A stretch of DNA of 64,000 nucleotides from Sporopachydermia quercuum (GCA_001599295.1 BCGN01000007.1:1167791-1231790); one strand, 5' to 3'; shown: positions 1 through 11,665, counted from the first letter of the stretch. The notes: a model not told the origin generated them from the letters alone. Translations and numbers: made by a program.

Positions 1-2959
1 TGGTGCTAGCGGTGTTACTATTATTTTTGTTGCTACTAGCAAGTAATCCAAGTTTCGCCAATGACAGTTGCAGAATCCTGTTATCCAATCCTTGCTTATT
101 GTTCTTCCCACTCTGGAACAACCCTTTGATTCCATTTTCATATTCTCCTGCCTCTAGTCGATACTCGATGATCCATCTGATAGGTCCCACTACATCAGTG
201 TATTTGGCCAGAAGCTCATTCCGCAACGCCTTTTCTTCAGGGAACTCCATCAGCAGATCATACAATTTCCCCTGGTTGATGAAATAGACACAGTACTGTT
301 CAAACAGTGGTTTCCCATACAGTTTAAACAGATTACTCATAGTGCTTTGAAAATGTTGATGCTCCTCTGAATTAAATCCAAAGTTTGCTATAATGGACTC
401 TCTCTTGATGTTGGAGATGGAAACGATAGCCGGCAGAATAGCAAACTCCTCAGCTAGAAGGAAAGCTATACTATGGTTGTTGGTAGTTGTAAGAAGTTCC
501 AGCCAGTCATTTTGAGCTGTTTTGATCGTTTTCCAATGGCTGATAGCTCCATCTCCAGATCTATTGCTAGTACTAGTGAAATCATCACTAATCAAACGTG
601 TCTTTTCACAAGAGACTTTCAGCATAAATCGAACAAGTTCTGGCAGCTTCTTAACCAGATTTTCATCTACTGANGTGCTACTTATTCGTTTTCTTACCCC
701 TTCATATAGTCTTCCCAGCTGTTTGAACAGATCTATACTACTAATCCATGTTTCGGTATTCGCAACAAACTGTTCTTCGTACTCAGGAAACACTTGAGGA
801 TAGAAAAAGCTTCTGAAGTCTCCAATAGCTTTGCTCAAACACTCAGCCAGTTTCAGCCCAATAGAAATATTGTCATTGGTCTTATTATACTCTCCTATCT
901 CTCTATCATCTGTTTTCCTGTCTAGTACTAGTTTTAGCATATCAACAATGAACAGCATGCAATCGCTAAGCCGGAATTCAATCAGATCATCAATGGACAC
1001 TCTGCTGGACTCGTTTATATAGGAAAAAATATTGCTCAGATCGTTGTCGGCTTGGAATAAGGATAGAAGCTCCTTCAGGACAGTGACTTGTTCTAAAGCT
1101 GTAATAGCGGTCAGTCGGGAAGATGCATCTAGTTGGAACAGCAGTCCGGTGCTCTTAAGGAAATAAACCAGTCGCCACAGGGCTACTTCCTTAAACAAGG
1201 CAATATCGTCAATAGATTGCAATAATGGTGCGAAATAGATCCAGGAGCCATCGGAGATAGAAGTGATGATTTGCAGAGTTGCAGTGGTGAGCTCCGCAGG
1301 CGATTCTATCATCAGGGGGATGTTATCAAAGCGTAGGATGTTTCCTGGCTCCATTCCGTAGATTATAGCTTGACTGATTTTGCTTTTAATAAGAGAGAGA
1401 TGAGATGAGTTTGCCGGAGATGTAGTGATAGTGGCTCTATCTGTCTTGGTTGTAGAAGTACTTGTTGTAGATCTGGTGGAATCAGTTGGGTTAGTGAACC
1501 GTTCAATCTCCATGATACCGAAGCCCTGAACAAATAGCAGAACAGTGGAATTAGTAGAGCACATGCCTATAACACTAGTACCACCATTAACACTACCATT
1601 ACCATAGCTGCCGCCGAAAACCATCCCACTGTAAGCATCCTGAGCCCCAATGCCTACAATTCGAACTGAAGAATCAAACAGTACCAAATCCTCCCAACGT
1701 AGCTTTGAACCTTCGTCTGCTGAATTGCCATTTACTTCTGCTTGCATTCCTATGCTTGGTGGTAGAGCATCGATAAGAACTACACCGTATTCAAATACAA
1801 TATAAGCTGTGTTCCCAGGAGCAGGAAGCACTATCTGAGGAACCACTGAACCTCCAATTGCCGCTACGCAGCCTTTCAGTTCATGAGCACTACGGATATT
1901 TGAATAGGATCCTGCTTCAGTATTAAACAGCATATATACTCTCTTGTCGTTGCTATAAGTCGAAAAAGATGTGAGAAGCAGCAGACTGTCGTCGATGGGG
2001 ACATGGCATAAATCATGGATCTCAAAGCTTTCAGAACGAATGGAAAACAACTGGGTGATATGCGAAATGAGTCTTATACGAATATCAAACGATGTTATGA
2101 GATGAGACTTGTGCTCAGTCCTTGAACAGAGCCATATGCTGAGATAGCCGTCCTTATTAACAAACAGTACTTCTCGCTCACCTGACTTAAGCACAGTTTT
2201 TCCTTTGCATAGGGCAACATATTCAATAGAGGAGCCCGTAGAAGGAGCCACAGAGGAACCCGTAGAACCGTTTAAGCTCTTGGTGGAAAACAAGCTGCCT
2301 AGAAAACTTTTTCTGTTGTTGAGATACACTATATTCAGGCTTGCTTTCCCTGTAACGATAAGAAATATGTTCCCTTTGGTGGTAACAGCTATAACACCCA
2401 CAGGATCAATTTCATTAATGCTAGTAACGTATTCCTTATCTGCCAGCGGAATGATATCGCAGAGACCTCCGTTTTCAACTAAGGAGTTATTGCTACCAAT
2501 GCTCATATGAACATACTTGAGAAACCTAGCTGGAGTGTATTGGATATTGCCATTAGTAGGATTCACGAGAACCAAGCCTGAGCCTTGGTTTGCGAGATAA
2601 GCAGTTGTGTAAGCTGCCAAAGGTAAAGTTTCGCTGCGGGCAAGCTCATTTCTAGGATCCAGCGAGCTGTAGTTTATTTCATTTGCAATGCTTGAGCTTA
2701 AAGATCCAGAGATGAACTCCTGGTAGTCCCATATAATCACTTGAGACAACGTTACCAAGAAAAAGAAGTTTTTCAAAGGATCAGTGAAACCAGCAATCGG
2801 GGTAGTATCTGGAGAGGAAGCTGTGAGCTGGGAAGGTGAATAAGGGAGTTCCGATATTTGATAGAACTGTGATTTAGTAAGGTCTGTTGAGTATCTATGA
2901 TTATGGTTCTGGAGGGTTATTTTGAGAATATCTGTTGAGATATTGGAGTCCTTAGTCAT
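1..2959 (-). CDS. NUP133: Nucleoporin Nup133 (3'-partial, runs off the left edge; true N-terminus may lie slightly upstream)
   Basis: Minus-strand frame from ATG 2959 (MTKDSNISTDILK...DLTKSQFYQISELPYSP...GFTDPLKNFFFLVTLSQVIIWDYQ); the same frame reads ...RWIIEYRL...RILQLSLAKLGLLA near the window edge. Both ends resemble fungal Nup133. Not in the ORF track, presumably because no stop is in the window. Divergent from RPF2 as in S. cerevisiae (YKR082W/YKR081C). Confidence 0.8.
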   Translation of the reverse strand, partial: MTKDSNISTDILKITLQNHNHRYSTDLTKSQFYQISELPYSPSQLTASSPDTTPIAGFTDPLKNFFFLVTLSQVIIWDYQEFISGSLSSSIANEINYSSLDPRNELARSETLPLAAYTTAYLANQGSGLVLVNPTNGNIQYTPARFLKYVHMSIGSNNSLVENGGLCDIIPLADKEYVTSINEIDPVGVIAVTTKGNIFLIVTGKASLNIVYLNNRKSFLGSLFSTKSLNGSTGSSVAPSTGSSIEYVALCKGKTVLKSGEREVLFVNKDGYLSIWLCSRTEHKSHLITSFDIRIRLISHITQLFSIRSESFEIHDLCHVPIDDSLLLLTSFSTYSNDKRVYMLFNTEAGSYSNIRSAHELKGCVAAIGGSVVPQIVLPAPGNTAYIVFEYGVVLIDALPPSIGMQAEVNGNSADEGSKLRWEDLVLFDSSVRIVGIGAQDAYSGMVFGGSYGNGSVNGGTSVIGMCSTNSTVLLFVQGFGIMEIERFTNPTDSTRSTTSTSTTKTDRATITTSPANSSHLSLIKSKISQAIIYGMEPGNILRFDNIPLMIESPAELTTATLQIITSISDGSWIYFAPLLQSIDDIALFKEVALWRLVYFLKSTGLLFQLDASSRLTAITALEQVTVLKELLSLFQADNDLSNIFSYINESSRVSIDDLIEFRLSDCMLFIVDMLKLVLDRKTDDREIGEYNKTNDNISIGLKLAECLSKAIGDFRSFFYPQVFPEYEEQFVANTETWISSIDLFKQLGRLYEGVRKRISSXSVDENLVKKLPELVRFMLKVSCEKTRLISDDFTSTSNRSGDGAISHWKTIKTAQNDWLELLTTTNNHSIAFLLAEEFAILPAIVSISNIKRESIIANFGFNSEEHQHFQSTMSNLFKLYGKPLFEQYCVYFINQGKLYDLLMEFPEEKALRNELLAKYTDVVGPIRWIIEYRLEAGEYENGIKGLFQSGKNNKQGLDNRILQLSLAKLGLLASSNKNNSNTAST

Positions 2960-4160
2960 TTTGTAGGATACCTTAGGAGAAAATTTTGGGCTACTGCAAA
3001 TCTGTTAAGATATTGTATTATTGTAGAATGAANGATCTGTAAGAGCGTTGATATCTGCTATTAGGTATACGATATGCAGATGTGGTAAAATGCTATTGTT
3101 CAAGTAGTTGAATCTGATATTTCTTTTGATGATCTTTTTCCAAAATAAAGTTGCAAAATAGCTCAAGCCAGCTAAGTTGTCTAATTATCTCTATAGATTG
3201 TGTTATTAAAATATCTACCGATTGCTTGCTTGATTAGCTGACTGGAATCTATGAGCCTCTTGAAAAAATATTGAAACGTCACAGAGGTAATTCAGTCTGA
3301 TTTGTCCATCAACTTCCGAGCTCTGATAAATCTTTATATGTCAATCATCAAATAATCAATCAATCTGCTTGCTGCTTGATATTTTCCTGTTGTTCCCTTC
3401 GAAGCGTTCCTCAATGGACCGTTTGGCGCTCAGCACTGTAACAATTAGATACAATAATCAATGACTAATCTAAGGGTTTCCAATTGATTGATCTTTCAAT
3501 TGTTTTAGGACCAAAAAAGGCAAAACAGTAGAAATAGCTGGCGGCAGGTAAATTCTGACTAATTGTTGGTTTCAATGAGTACTTCAACTGTATAAATATA
3601 AAAGAAATGACGATTCATCGGCTGAACAAAAGGATAGAAGAAGTAAACATTAATAAAAAACGTCTTTGAGAATTTGTGGTTGGGAAATAGAATTTGGTGT
3701 AAAATAAGGTTTGGGCTATACTAGGAAGGTATTTCTGTTTTGGATGCTCAGCTTTTGGATTAGGAAGCTATTGCAATTGAAAAAGTCATGTGAGTCTCAC
3801 ATGATCATTATTCTGAATTCAAAAGTCCAAATTTGTCCGGGTCGCAGCAAAAGCAGTTGCAAGCGGTTCGAATTTGCTACGTCCTTTTAACCCTTCCTGA
3901 TTTTAAACTGGTGAATAACCGGGCAACTTATATATATTTAACTGACAATTTATCTCATCAAACTCTTCCCTTATTTTTAAACATACTTTCATGATTAAAC
4001 CAGTCTGACCATTTTCTGAACCAACCATCTAATATATCTTATGTGCTTACTTTCAAACTAATCCCTATACAGACAGAGAGGAACAAAAGTCCGGGGAACC
4101 GTAACTATCCGGATCATTTTACATCACATGAAAAAAAAATGTTTTTGCTGAGAAGAGAAG

Positions 4161-4171
4161 TGAAATTTTTT
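4161..4171 (+). promoter_or_regulatory. RRPE-like element upstream of RPF2
   Basis: TGAAATTTTTT about 330 nt upstream of a ribosome-biogenesis gene; close to the RRPE consensus TGAAAAWTTT. Confidence 0.4.
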
Positions 4172-4500
4172 GCATATTATATTTACTAGCAAAGAGTCTT
4201 CTATCTGACGAAAGATAATTAACTGAATGATTAACAAATTGAATAGCTATTATTGCCAGAAGATACTATTATACCTTTTGATATAAATCTGCTGTGTTGT
4301 TGAAAGCTTGATTTGGATATTTTCATATATTGAACGCTATTGTTGATTGATCAGCTGGTAGAAGATAAGATAGCCGATAATCAATTGAATATTAATAAAC
4401 TGTTGACTATCATATAGAATCAGTATTGTTGCTATTNCTGAAAGGTTGATAGAGCAAAAGGATTAGACGAATAACGAGAATACCGGTTAGAAATATCAGG

Positions 4501-5725
4501 ATGATTAGAACAGTGTAAGTATTTGATAGTCTTGAACGATTGTGCTAGGAGTTATGAGAACACCACATAGGATTGGTGATATGTTATGGGAAACAGCTAT
4601 CATGTGAGATAGACCGTNTGTTATTGGGGTATGCTCGGTACTATCATACGTAGGTTTTCTATCTCACATGATAGTAACCTATCTTCTAAGTCATATCTTA
4701 TAAACTAATACCAATCCCTTTAACCCATCCAACCTTCAGAATCATGTACTAACAGCTGTAGGAAACCAAAAAACGCAAGATCCAAAAGGGCCTTGGTTAA
4801 GAAGGAATCCAAGATCATCGAAAATACCAAACAGGCACTTTTTGTCCCCGGCTCAACTTGCAATAAAGTTCTTCATGATGTAATGGTCGATTTGGGTGCT
4901 TTGAAGAAGCCTGATATGAAAAGATTCCAAAGAAAGAACGAATTACACCCTTTTGACGATATCTCACCATTTGAATTCTTTTCTGAAAAGAATGACTGCA
5001 GTATTATTGTATTTGGAAGCTCAACAAAGAAAAGGCCGAACTGTTTAACATTTGCAAGGTTCTTCGATTACAAGTTATTTGATATGATAGAACTATTAGT
5101 CAGCGATTATTATCTATTAGCAGATTTTAAGAAGAAAACTTTCACTATTGGTTTAAAACCAATGTTCACTTTCAATGGTACTTTATTCGAAAATAACCCT
5201 ACTTATAAGCATATAAAATCCCTATTTTTGGATTTATTCAGAGGAGAAACAACTGATTTACAAGACGTTGCTGGTTTACAATATATCATTTCAATATCTG
5301 CTTCTGAGCCTGAAGAAGACAAGCCATTACCTCAGATTTATTTCAGAGTGTATTCATTGAAAACGTATAAATCTGGCCAAAAGATGCCAAGGGTGGAACT
5401 AGAAGAGATTGGACCAAGATTTGATTTCAAAATTGGCAGAACACAAGAGCCTTCTTCAGATATGTTGAAGGAAGCTATGAGAAAGCCTAAACAGCTTGAA
5501 CCTAAGACCAAGAAGAATATTAGTACTGATATACTTGGTGACAAAGTAGGACAGGTGCATGTGGGTAATCAAGATTTGGGCAAGCTTCAAACCAGAAAGA
5601 TGAAGGGTTTGAAGAGTCGATATGACCAAGATGGTGGTGAGAATGAGCAGGAAGAAGAATATGAGGAGGTTGACATAATTGAGGAAAACATTCCCAAGAG
5701 CAAGAAGCAAAAGGTTGATGGTTAA
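4501..5725 (+). CDS. RPF2: Brix-domain ribosome biogenesis protein Rpf2; join(4501..4514,4762..5725), 325 aa
   Basis: Exon 1 is ATGATTAGAACAGT followed by GTAAGT; branch TACTAAC at ~4747; acceptor TAG at 4761. The spliced product MIRTVKPKNARSKRALVKKE matches the yeast Rpf2 N-terminus. Motifs KNELHPF and RVELEEIGPRFDF are present. Confidence 0.96.
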
Positions 5726-6670
5726 TATTATGGAAAAGTAGTATATGATGGGATATGATAGTATCTGAGCTACCAATGTAGTATTCTATTGAATATTCAA
5801 AAGTTAATTCTATAAATAACAATGTGAAGATTTCATCTAGTAAGTTATAAGTAGTTTTACTAATTAATAGCTATCATTATAGGACATTTCACTTGCTCTA
5901 TGATTGTTCTATCGAGATTGATACTTTTAATAGTATATAAGTGTATTATACGAATATAATGAGTTTGCCTACACATTATATATGATTATATTGTAGTATA
6001 TGAAATCTACATATGTTCAATAGCGAATGAATTCTTATATCAAATGAATAGTTTCACTGTATTGTGGAATCAACAAATAAGGTAGATATTAATTAGTAGT
6101 AACTTCAGAAAAATGTTTTATGCTGTTCATTTACTATACTATACAACAAGTATAAGATTAGAAGTGACAACTGTGCAGCAGAAACGTATGATCCGAGATA
6201 CTATCAATTGAAGTGATTGAATACTATAAAAATATCAACTGAAAGTTATCTTATAGTAGTCCATTTATTGGACTACTAAGATCACAACAAACATTCATAC
6301 AAAATATGAAATATAAAATATGAATCGATCTAATGGTATTATTTTCAAATAGTTAACTGCTGCTCATTCCACTATCTGATGGTTTTCGGTTGTTCACAGC
6401 AATCAAAGCAAAACATTCAATCTCCTTTACACTTTTTGTATCTAGATGGTTCAACTGATTACACTAGAAGTATTTATAGATATTTGAAGAGTATCTTGTA
6501 TACGATCATGAACAAATATAATCCATAAATCATCATAAATACTGTTAAATACTGTAATCTGAGTTAATCTGAATCAATTCCAAGAACGTATAATAACAAC
6601 AACAATCAATGTACAATTCTTTTCTCTTATATATCTCTATATGATTTCTGTTTTATTTCCTACAGCTATT

Positions 6671-7606
6671 CTAACTCTTATCACGTTTCTCTCTATTATC
6701 AATCAATCTCAACAGATTTCTAAGCAACATAGCAATTGTCACTTTTCCTATTGATGGTACATACAACGCAGCCTTTTCCTTAATATCATCATTGAAATTC
6801 TTCTCACTACTAAAATTAATGCAAACTGCTCCATGTTTAACATATTCAGTAGGTAACTTATAACTGCTAGTAGGTACCCCAGTAATAATAACATCTGATT
6901 CTAAGCAAACATCTTTCAATTGAGCATCAGGCAAATCCTCAACATGGTGCTTCTTCAATTTCAAACCTTCTCCACGAGTGAACTTCTGTATACCTGTAAT
7001 ATCAACAGAATACACAACAGCACCATCATTAGCAAGTAGTGCTGCTAATGGTCTACCGACTATCTCTGACCTATTAATGACTGTAACTGTTTTACCATAA
7101 AGACGATTTCCATAAGGAATCAAAGAATTATAAACCCCTAGATATTCCAATATCTTCACATTTGCCAAAGGTGTGCATGGTAAAATAGATTTCTGTGTTT
7201 CTTCTTCATCTAGGAATCTAACGTTGTGATAGAGATTTCTGATGTATGTATGAGACAGCCCTTCAACGTCTTTACCATCAGACAAAAGCTGTTGTAGATA
7301 CTGATCTTGGCCCCCGCCAAAAACAGGGAAATACACCATAATTCCGTCAACGGAGTTATCTTCGTTGGCGTCAATAATAGCTTCTTCCAGGTTGTCTTTT
7401 TCTACTTTTCTAAGCTCGTAGGTGAACCCGGCGGCTTGAGATGTCTTGGCTGTCCATTCTGCATACATTTCTGCTGCAGGGTCATCGTTGGCTAGAAAGC
7501 CAACAATCTTTGGTGATCTTCCTAGAGCCTTCACGCCCTCTTCTATCTCTGTTATAAATGGTTTGGCGATGGTTGAGGCCAAAATGGTTCTTCCCGGCTT
7601 AGACAT
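6671..7606 (-). CDS. MTD1: NAD-dependent 5,10-methylenetetrahydrofolate dehydrogenase
   Basis: MSKPGRTILAS start; GIMVYFPVF, KDVEGL, KSILPCTPLA, NRSEIVGRPLAALLANDGA and IGKVTIAMLLRN motifs. Confidence 0.97.
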   Translation of the reverse strand: MSKPGRTILASTIAKPFITEIEEGVKALGRSPKIVGFLANDDPAAEMYAEWTAKTSQAAGFTYELRKVEKDNLEEAIIDANEDNSVDGIMVYFPVFGGGQDQYLQQLLSDGKDVEGLSHTYIRNLYHNVRFLDEEETQKSILPCTPLANVKILEYLGVYNSLIPYGNRLYGKTVTVINRSEIVGRPLAALLANDGAVVYSVDITGIQKFTRGEGLKLKKHHVEDLPDAQLKDVCLESDVIITGVPTSSYKLPTEYVKHGAVCINFSSEKNFNDDIKEKAALYVPSIGKVTIAMLLRNLLRLIDNREKRDKS

Positions 7607-9187
7607 AATGAATAGGTTGTATTATCTCTTTAGCGTACCTGAGTAAAAGCTATAGAAGCTATGTAGCCAGTGGTGGAATTGGAGAGTCAACACAAGACTG
7701 GATTGCATAAAAAGATGTGGAAACTTTAGAAAACAGCTCAAAAGTTGTTGTCACTAGATTTAGTAACTTATAATGAATTATTATGTAAAATAATAAAAGA
7801 TAAGCAGAATGCTCGATGATTTGTTTATCGGATGAATTTTTTTAGGTTTTCGAAAAATTTTCGGTTTAGTAGGAAAGCAAACTTCGGAGACGATTAAGGG
7901 AGATTTGGAGTTGATTTCGGAGAAGGTAGTGGCTGTGCGGAAGGGGTTGGGAGTGTGAAGAGAGAAGAGATTTCAGGATTTGGAATGATGATTTAGATCT
8001 TTGAGTAATAATTAAATATATTCTGCTAGAATTATCAGTGTTTAAGTTGCTTCTACAAATTTGTTCCTATCTCAAGTGCAGGATTAGAAAGTTAAGATGA
8101 CAGTTACAGTAAGAGGGAAACAACTATAAATTCCGAGATTTTGTCAATATCGGAAATTATGTAGCATGTGGGATGAGCAGACTGAGAACATATTTGGAGA
8201 TGATAAAGAAAGAGCATAACGATATTAGAGTGCAATGTATATCAATTGCTGGCTTAATACGATCAGATACACTATGCATGCCGAGACTGTAAAATAGTAC
8301 TTATTAACGATTTGCTCCAACTTAAGCAGCTTGTAGAAGCATAATGGTGAAACAGTATTGAAGCTTGTTACCAAAAAATAGTCTTCTGAATTACCCCCGA
8401 ATTATGAAAAGCAAAAGGAAAACTATTGCTTCCGAAATTTAGTTTTATCCTCGAAATGGCTACTAATCAACAGCTGGATGATAATCTACAAAACGCTCAG
8501 TTGAATCGCTACAATATGCTATTGATGATTTTATGCAAACAAATGCTATTGCTAGGAATGTGAACATAATCGTGTATGAACTACCGAATACGATCGTCAA
8601 CCATAAAACAACGAAGATTAGCAAGAAACAGTACCAATTAATTCCAGAAATAGAACGAAAGCTTCTATATGAATGTGCAGAAATAATTTAACTTATAGAT
8701 CAAGTAGCTCATAAACAATTGTACCCCGTTGACAGAAATGCAAAGTTGCGGCAATTACTCCCATTTTCAGTATTCCCAAGTAAGAAAGTCTGAAGAATGA
8801 CGGGTCAACAACGTAATACGTCAATGTTATGGGCGTACGCATAGTGAAGAGCCAATAATTGTCTATCCTTATACTCAGAGGTCCGAAAATAGTCAGCAGT
8901 AGTAGTTAAAGTAGTCCTGATTCACCCCCGGAATTGTCTGTCCAGAACTTCTTGGTTCCATATCATAGCTCATCTATTACAGGATAAATGTATGTCATTC
9001 AACCTTCTGAACAAAAAGTCTGTATTCTTTGTATTCTCCAGGTAATGGTTAGCTCTAATAAACGTTCACCAGGAATTGATACAACGTTCTTACACATCGA
9101 ATTGGCCTTCCAATACTAGAAACTCATTATCGTATAAAATAAGCAACTCTTTTTTCAATTATTTGCCCATCATTTACATATCGCCTA

Positions 9188-11665
9188 TCACATTTCCACA
9201 TCTTCTACACCTGTAACAGTAGCCAACGCTAAATCCAATCGTTCTGACAGATTAACAAACATTGACGACTCACTCTCTGAATAGTAGTCCAAACTCTCGA
9301 CAAGAACCCTGACATGATGATCAAAACTACCATTATACTCTCCCAAAAGATTCTCCATCTTAGCCAGCCTTCTCTCTGTCAACTCTACAGAGTAGTGGTC
9401 CTTTTCCAGCTCAAACTTCCCACTGTGAACTTCGAACAGCACTGGATCAACCAATACCAATGTTTTCTTCAAAGAAGAAAGAAAGCTTGAAAACAAGTGA
9501 ACTGTAGTCAGTAGTTTAGACAATACTTTGATCATTTTCTCATTCATCAGCATACAGCCTTTCATAGTATCATCAAGAAAAGATTGTACCCTTTGACTCA
9601 GTTCTTCCACATTATTACACTTCCTGTACTCTATTATCAATTCCTGCCATTTAGTTTCAATTATGTCCACAGCAAAAAAATAGTAGATTATTGAGACCAG
9701 ATACTGCATTTTATATCTTAGGGCGTAAGCCTCATTTTTCCACTGACGGATTCTTCTTTTAATGCTTCTATGACGCCAAATAGTAGATTTTGTAAGCTGT
9801 TCCCAAGAATCTCCTAACGATATATCAACATATTTAATAAATAGTAAATGTCGGAAAAGGAGCTGGAACTGGAGGAGCATTGTTCTGGAAATAATAAGAG
9901 ATATCGGAAATGATAATGATAGGTCAACGTTCAATAATAGTACTAAGGGGTGATTCGGAAGACTGGTGTTTTTGTTAGCTTGTTCATCATCTTCTCCGGT
10001 TTCTCCCAAATTCCTCTTTAAGTTCTCCGCTATCATATCTCTCAGTTCAATGCCATCCTTCGCCTTTAATGCTTCATCAGCATCTATCATTTGAATCCTT
10101 ATTATTTCCAATACATATTCATAGATACTCTTCTTTTCAACTATAACTTTTGTCGTGTTCAGCATTTGCATTACTACTGTAGATACTTTCTTTTCTCTAG
10201 CTAATAACAGTATGCAATCATCGTATCCATTCTGTATACTAGCTACTGTTGTAGGTTTTATATTGCTTCTGTTTGCTCTCAGCAAATGACCCGCTTGACG
10301 AATAAACTTGGTGATACCATCGGCATGGTTCATTAAGTAAGTTTCCTTCAGTGTATTCAACACAGCATTGAAGTGGAAATAATTGTTCAGAATACATAAT
10401 AGCATCTTGTTAGCCCTATTATAGTAATTTTCCACATGGATGTAAATGTTATTATGATTGTTCAAATTGTTAGCAAGAGTATCAACGTTAGATGGCGGCT
10501 CAAAACTTTGATCAATCTTAATTCCCTCGCATTCTTTGATGATATTTAGGTATTTCCCCGTTAGAAGTACTTTATTCTGAACATCGCGATCACGAAATAT
10601 ATTCCAAGTAGCATCTTTTCGTAGAGTATATCGTTGAGCCCAGTACTGATCTAGAAAATGTAAATAATTCAAATTGGTAGTACTGTTGCCATTGTTGTCA
10701 TTGCTGTTATTCTTATAATTGTTCTTATCATAATATCTATTCTTACCGACATGATTGTGAATCATAAACTCTCCATACAAATCATCAATCTCTCCAGCAA
10801 GAAGCCATTTTTCCAGCATTGTGAAAAAAGGTTTGCTAGCCTCGGCAAATAGTTCGCTCAACCATTCATGTGCAAGCGGATCTCCCATCATTTCCGCTAA
10901 ATACTCTTGAATCACTCTCAAAGTCCTACCTCCATTGCACACAGGTATAGTTTTTACGTCAGAAATCAAATCAATCGATCCTGTTTCTTGTAGATCTTTC
11001 TTGATAACAGCTAAAACATCGTCAAGAGGATTTGACACTGTCTGAGCTCGTGAGGCTGTGATTGATTGAATTTTCCTTATTATCCTTGTAGCATGTTCCA
11101 TCTTGCTTGCTGTGCTGTTCACTACTTTCTGGTATAACTGTCTTAATGAAAAAGTAGGATTGTGCCTAAAATCTTGCTCTAGAGAAACAACTAACTGCAT
11201 ATGTTCTTGGAGAAGTTTCCTGATATACCAGCATAAAGCCTGGTTGACCTGTCCTAAACTATGCTCAGAGTATTCCTCTGTAAATGTACTCAATCCTATG
11301 AACATTTTTCCTATCTTGGCTGTCTTTTTAGTAAGATCTTTCAGCCCAGGATCTAAATATTTGGCAATACGGAAATCAGGTCCCTCAATTCTCATAGTAA
11401 CATCCTTGGGATTATATTTCTCCGTGTATCTGACGTAGAGACCTTCTAGGCCAAGTAAAACGTATAGTATGTCATCTATGATTAGAGCTTCCTGATGTCT
11501 TATGGAAGGTACCATAGACAAAGGTTGAGGTTTGATCTGAGTAGACAATAATTTCTCCGTGGAAACGAATGAAAAGGAAGTTTTAGCGCCTAGGAAAGAT
11601 TTATCTTCGTTTGGGGTTGTGATCAGCTGAACTGTATATGAATTTGATGCCGATGTCGATGTCAT
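9188..11665 (-). CDS. SPC97: Gamma-tubulin complex component GCP2/Spc97
   Basis: 825-aa ORF with QEALIIDDILYVLLGLEG, PFFTMLEKWL..GEIDDLYGEFMI, YWAQRYTL, KVLLTGKYLNIIKEC and FPISLIISR (GRIP1/GRIP2 pattern of GCP2). Confidence 0.88.
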   Translation of the reverse strand: MTSTSASNSYTVQLITTPNEDKSFLGAKTSFSFVSTEKLLSTQIKPQPLSMVPSIRHQEALIIDDILYVLLGLEGLYVRYTEKYNPKDVTMRIEGPDFRIAKYLDPGLKDLTKKTAKIGKMFIGLSTFTEEYSEHSLGQVNQALCWYIRKLLQEHMQLVVSLEQDFRHNPTFSLRQLYQKVVNSTASKMEHATRIIRKIQSITASRAQTVSNPLDDVLAVIKKDLQETGSIDLISDVKTIPVCNGGRTLRVIQEYLAEMMGDPLAHEWLSELFAEASKPFFTMLEKWLLAGEIDDLYGEFMIHNHVGKNRYYDKNNYKNNSNDNNGNSTTNLNYLHFLDQYWAQRYTLRKDATWNIFRDRDVQNKVLLTGKYLNIIKECEGIKIDQSFEPPSNVDTLANNLNNHNNIYIHVENYYNRANKMLLCILNNYFHFNAVLNTLKETYLMNHADGITKFIRQAGHLLRANRSNIKPTTVASIQNGYDDCILLLAREKKVSTVVMQMLNTTKVIVEKKSIYEYVLEIIRIQMIDADEALKAKDGIELRDMIAENLKRNLGETGEDDEQANKNTSLPNHPLVLLLNVDLSLSFPISLIISRTMLLQFQLLFRHLLFIKYVDISLGDSWEQLTKSTIWRHRSIKRRIRQWKNEAYALRYKMQYLVSIIYYFFAVDIIETKWQELIIEYRKCNNVEELSQRVQSFLDDTMKGCMLMNEKMIKVLSKLLTTVHLFSSFLSSLKKTLVLVDPVLFEVHSGKFELEKDHYSVELTERRLAKMENLLGEYNGSFDHHVRVLVESLDYYSESESSMFVNLSERLDLALATVTGVEDVEM

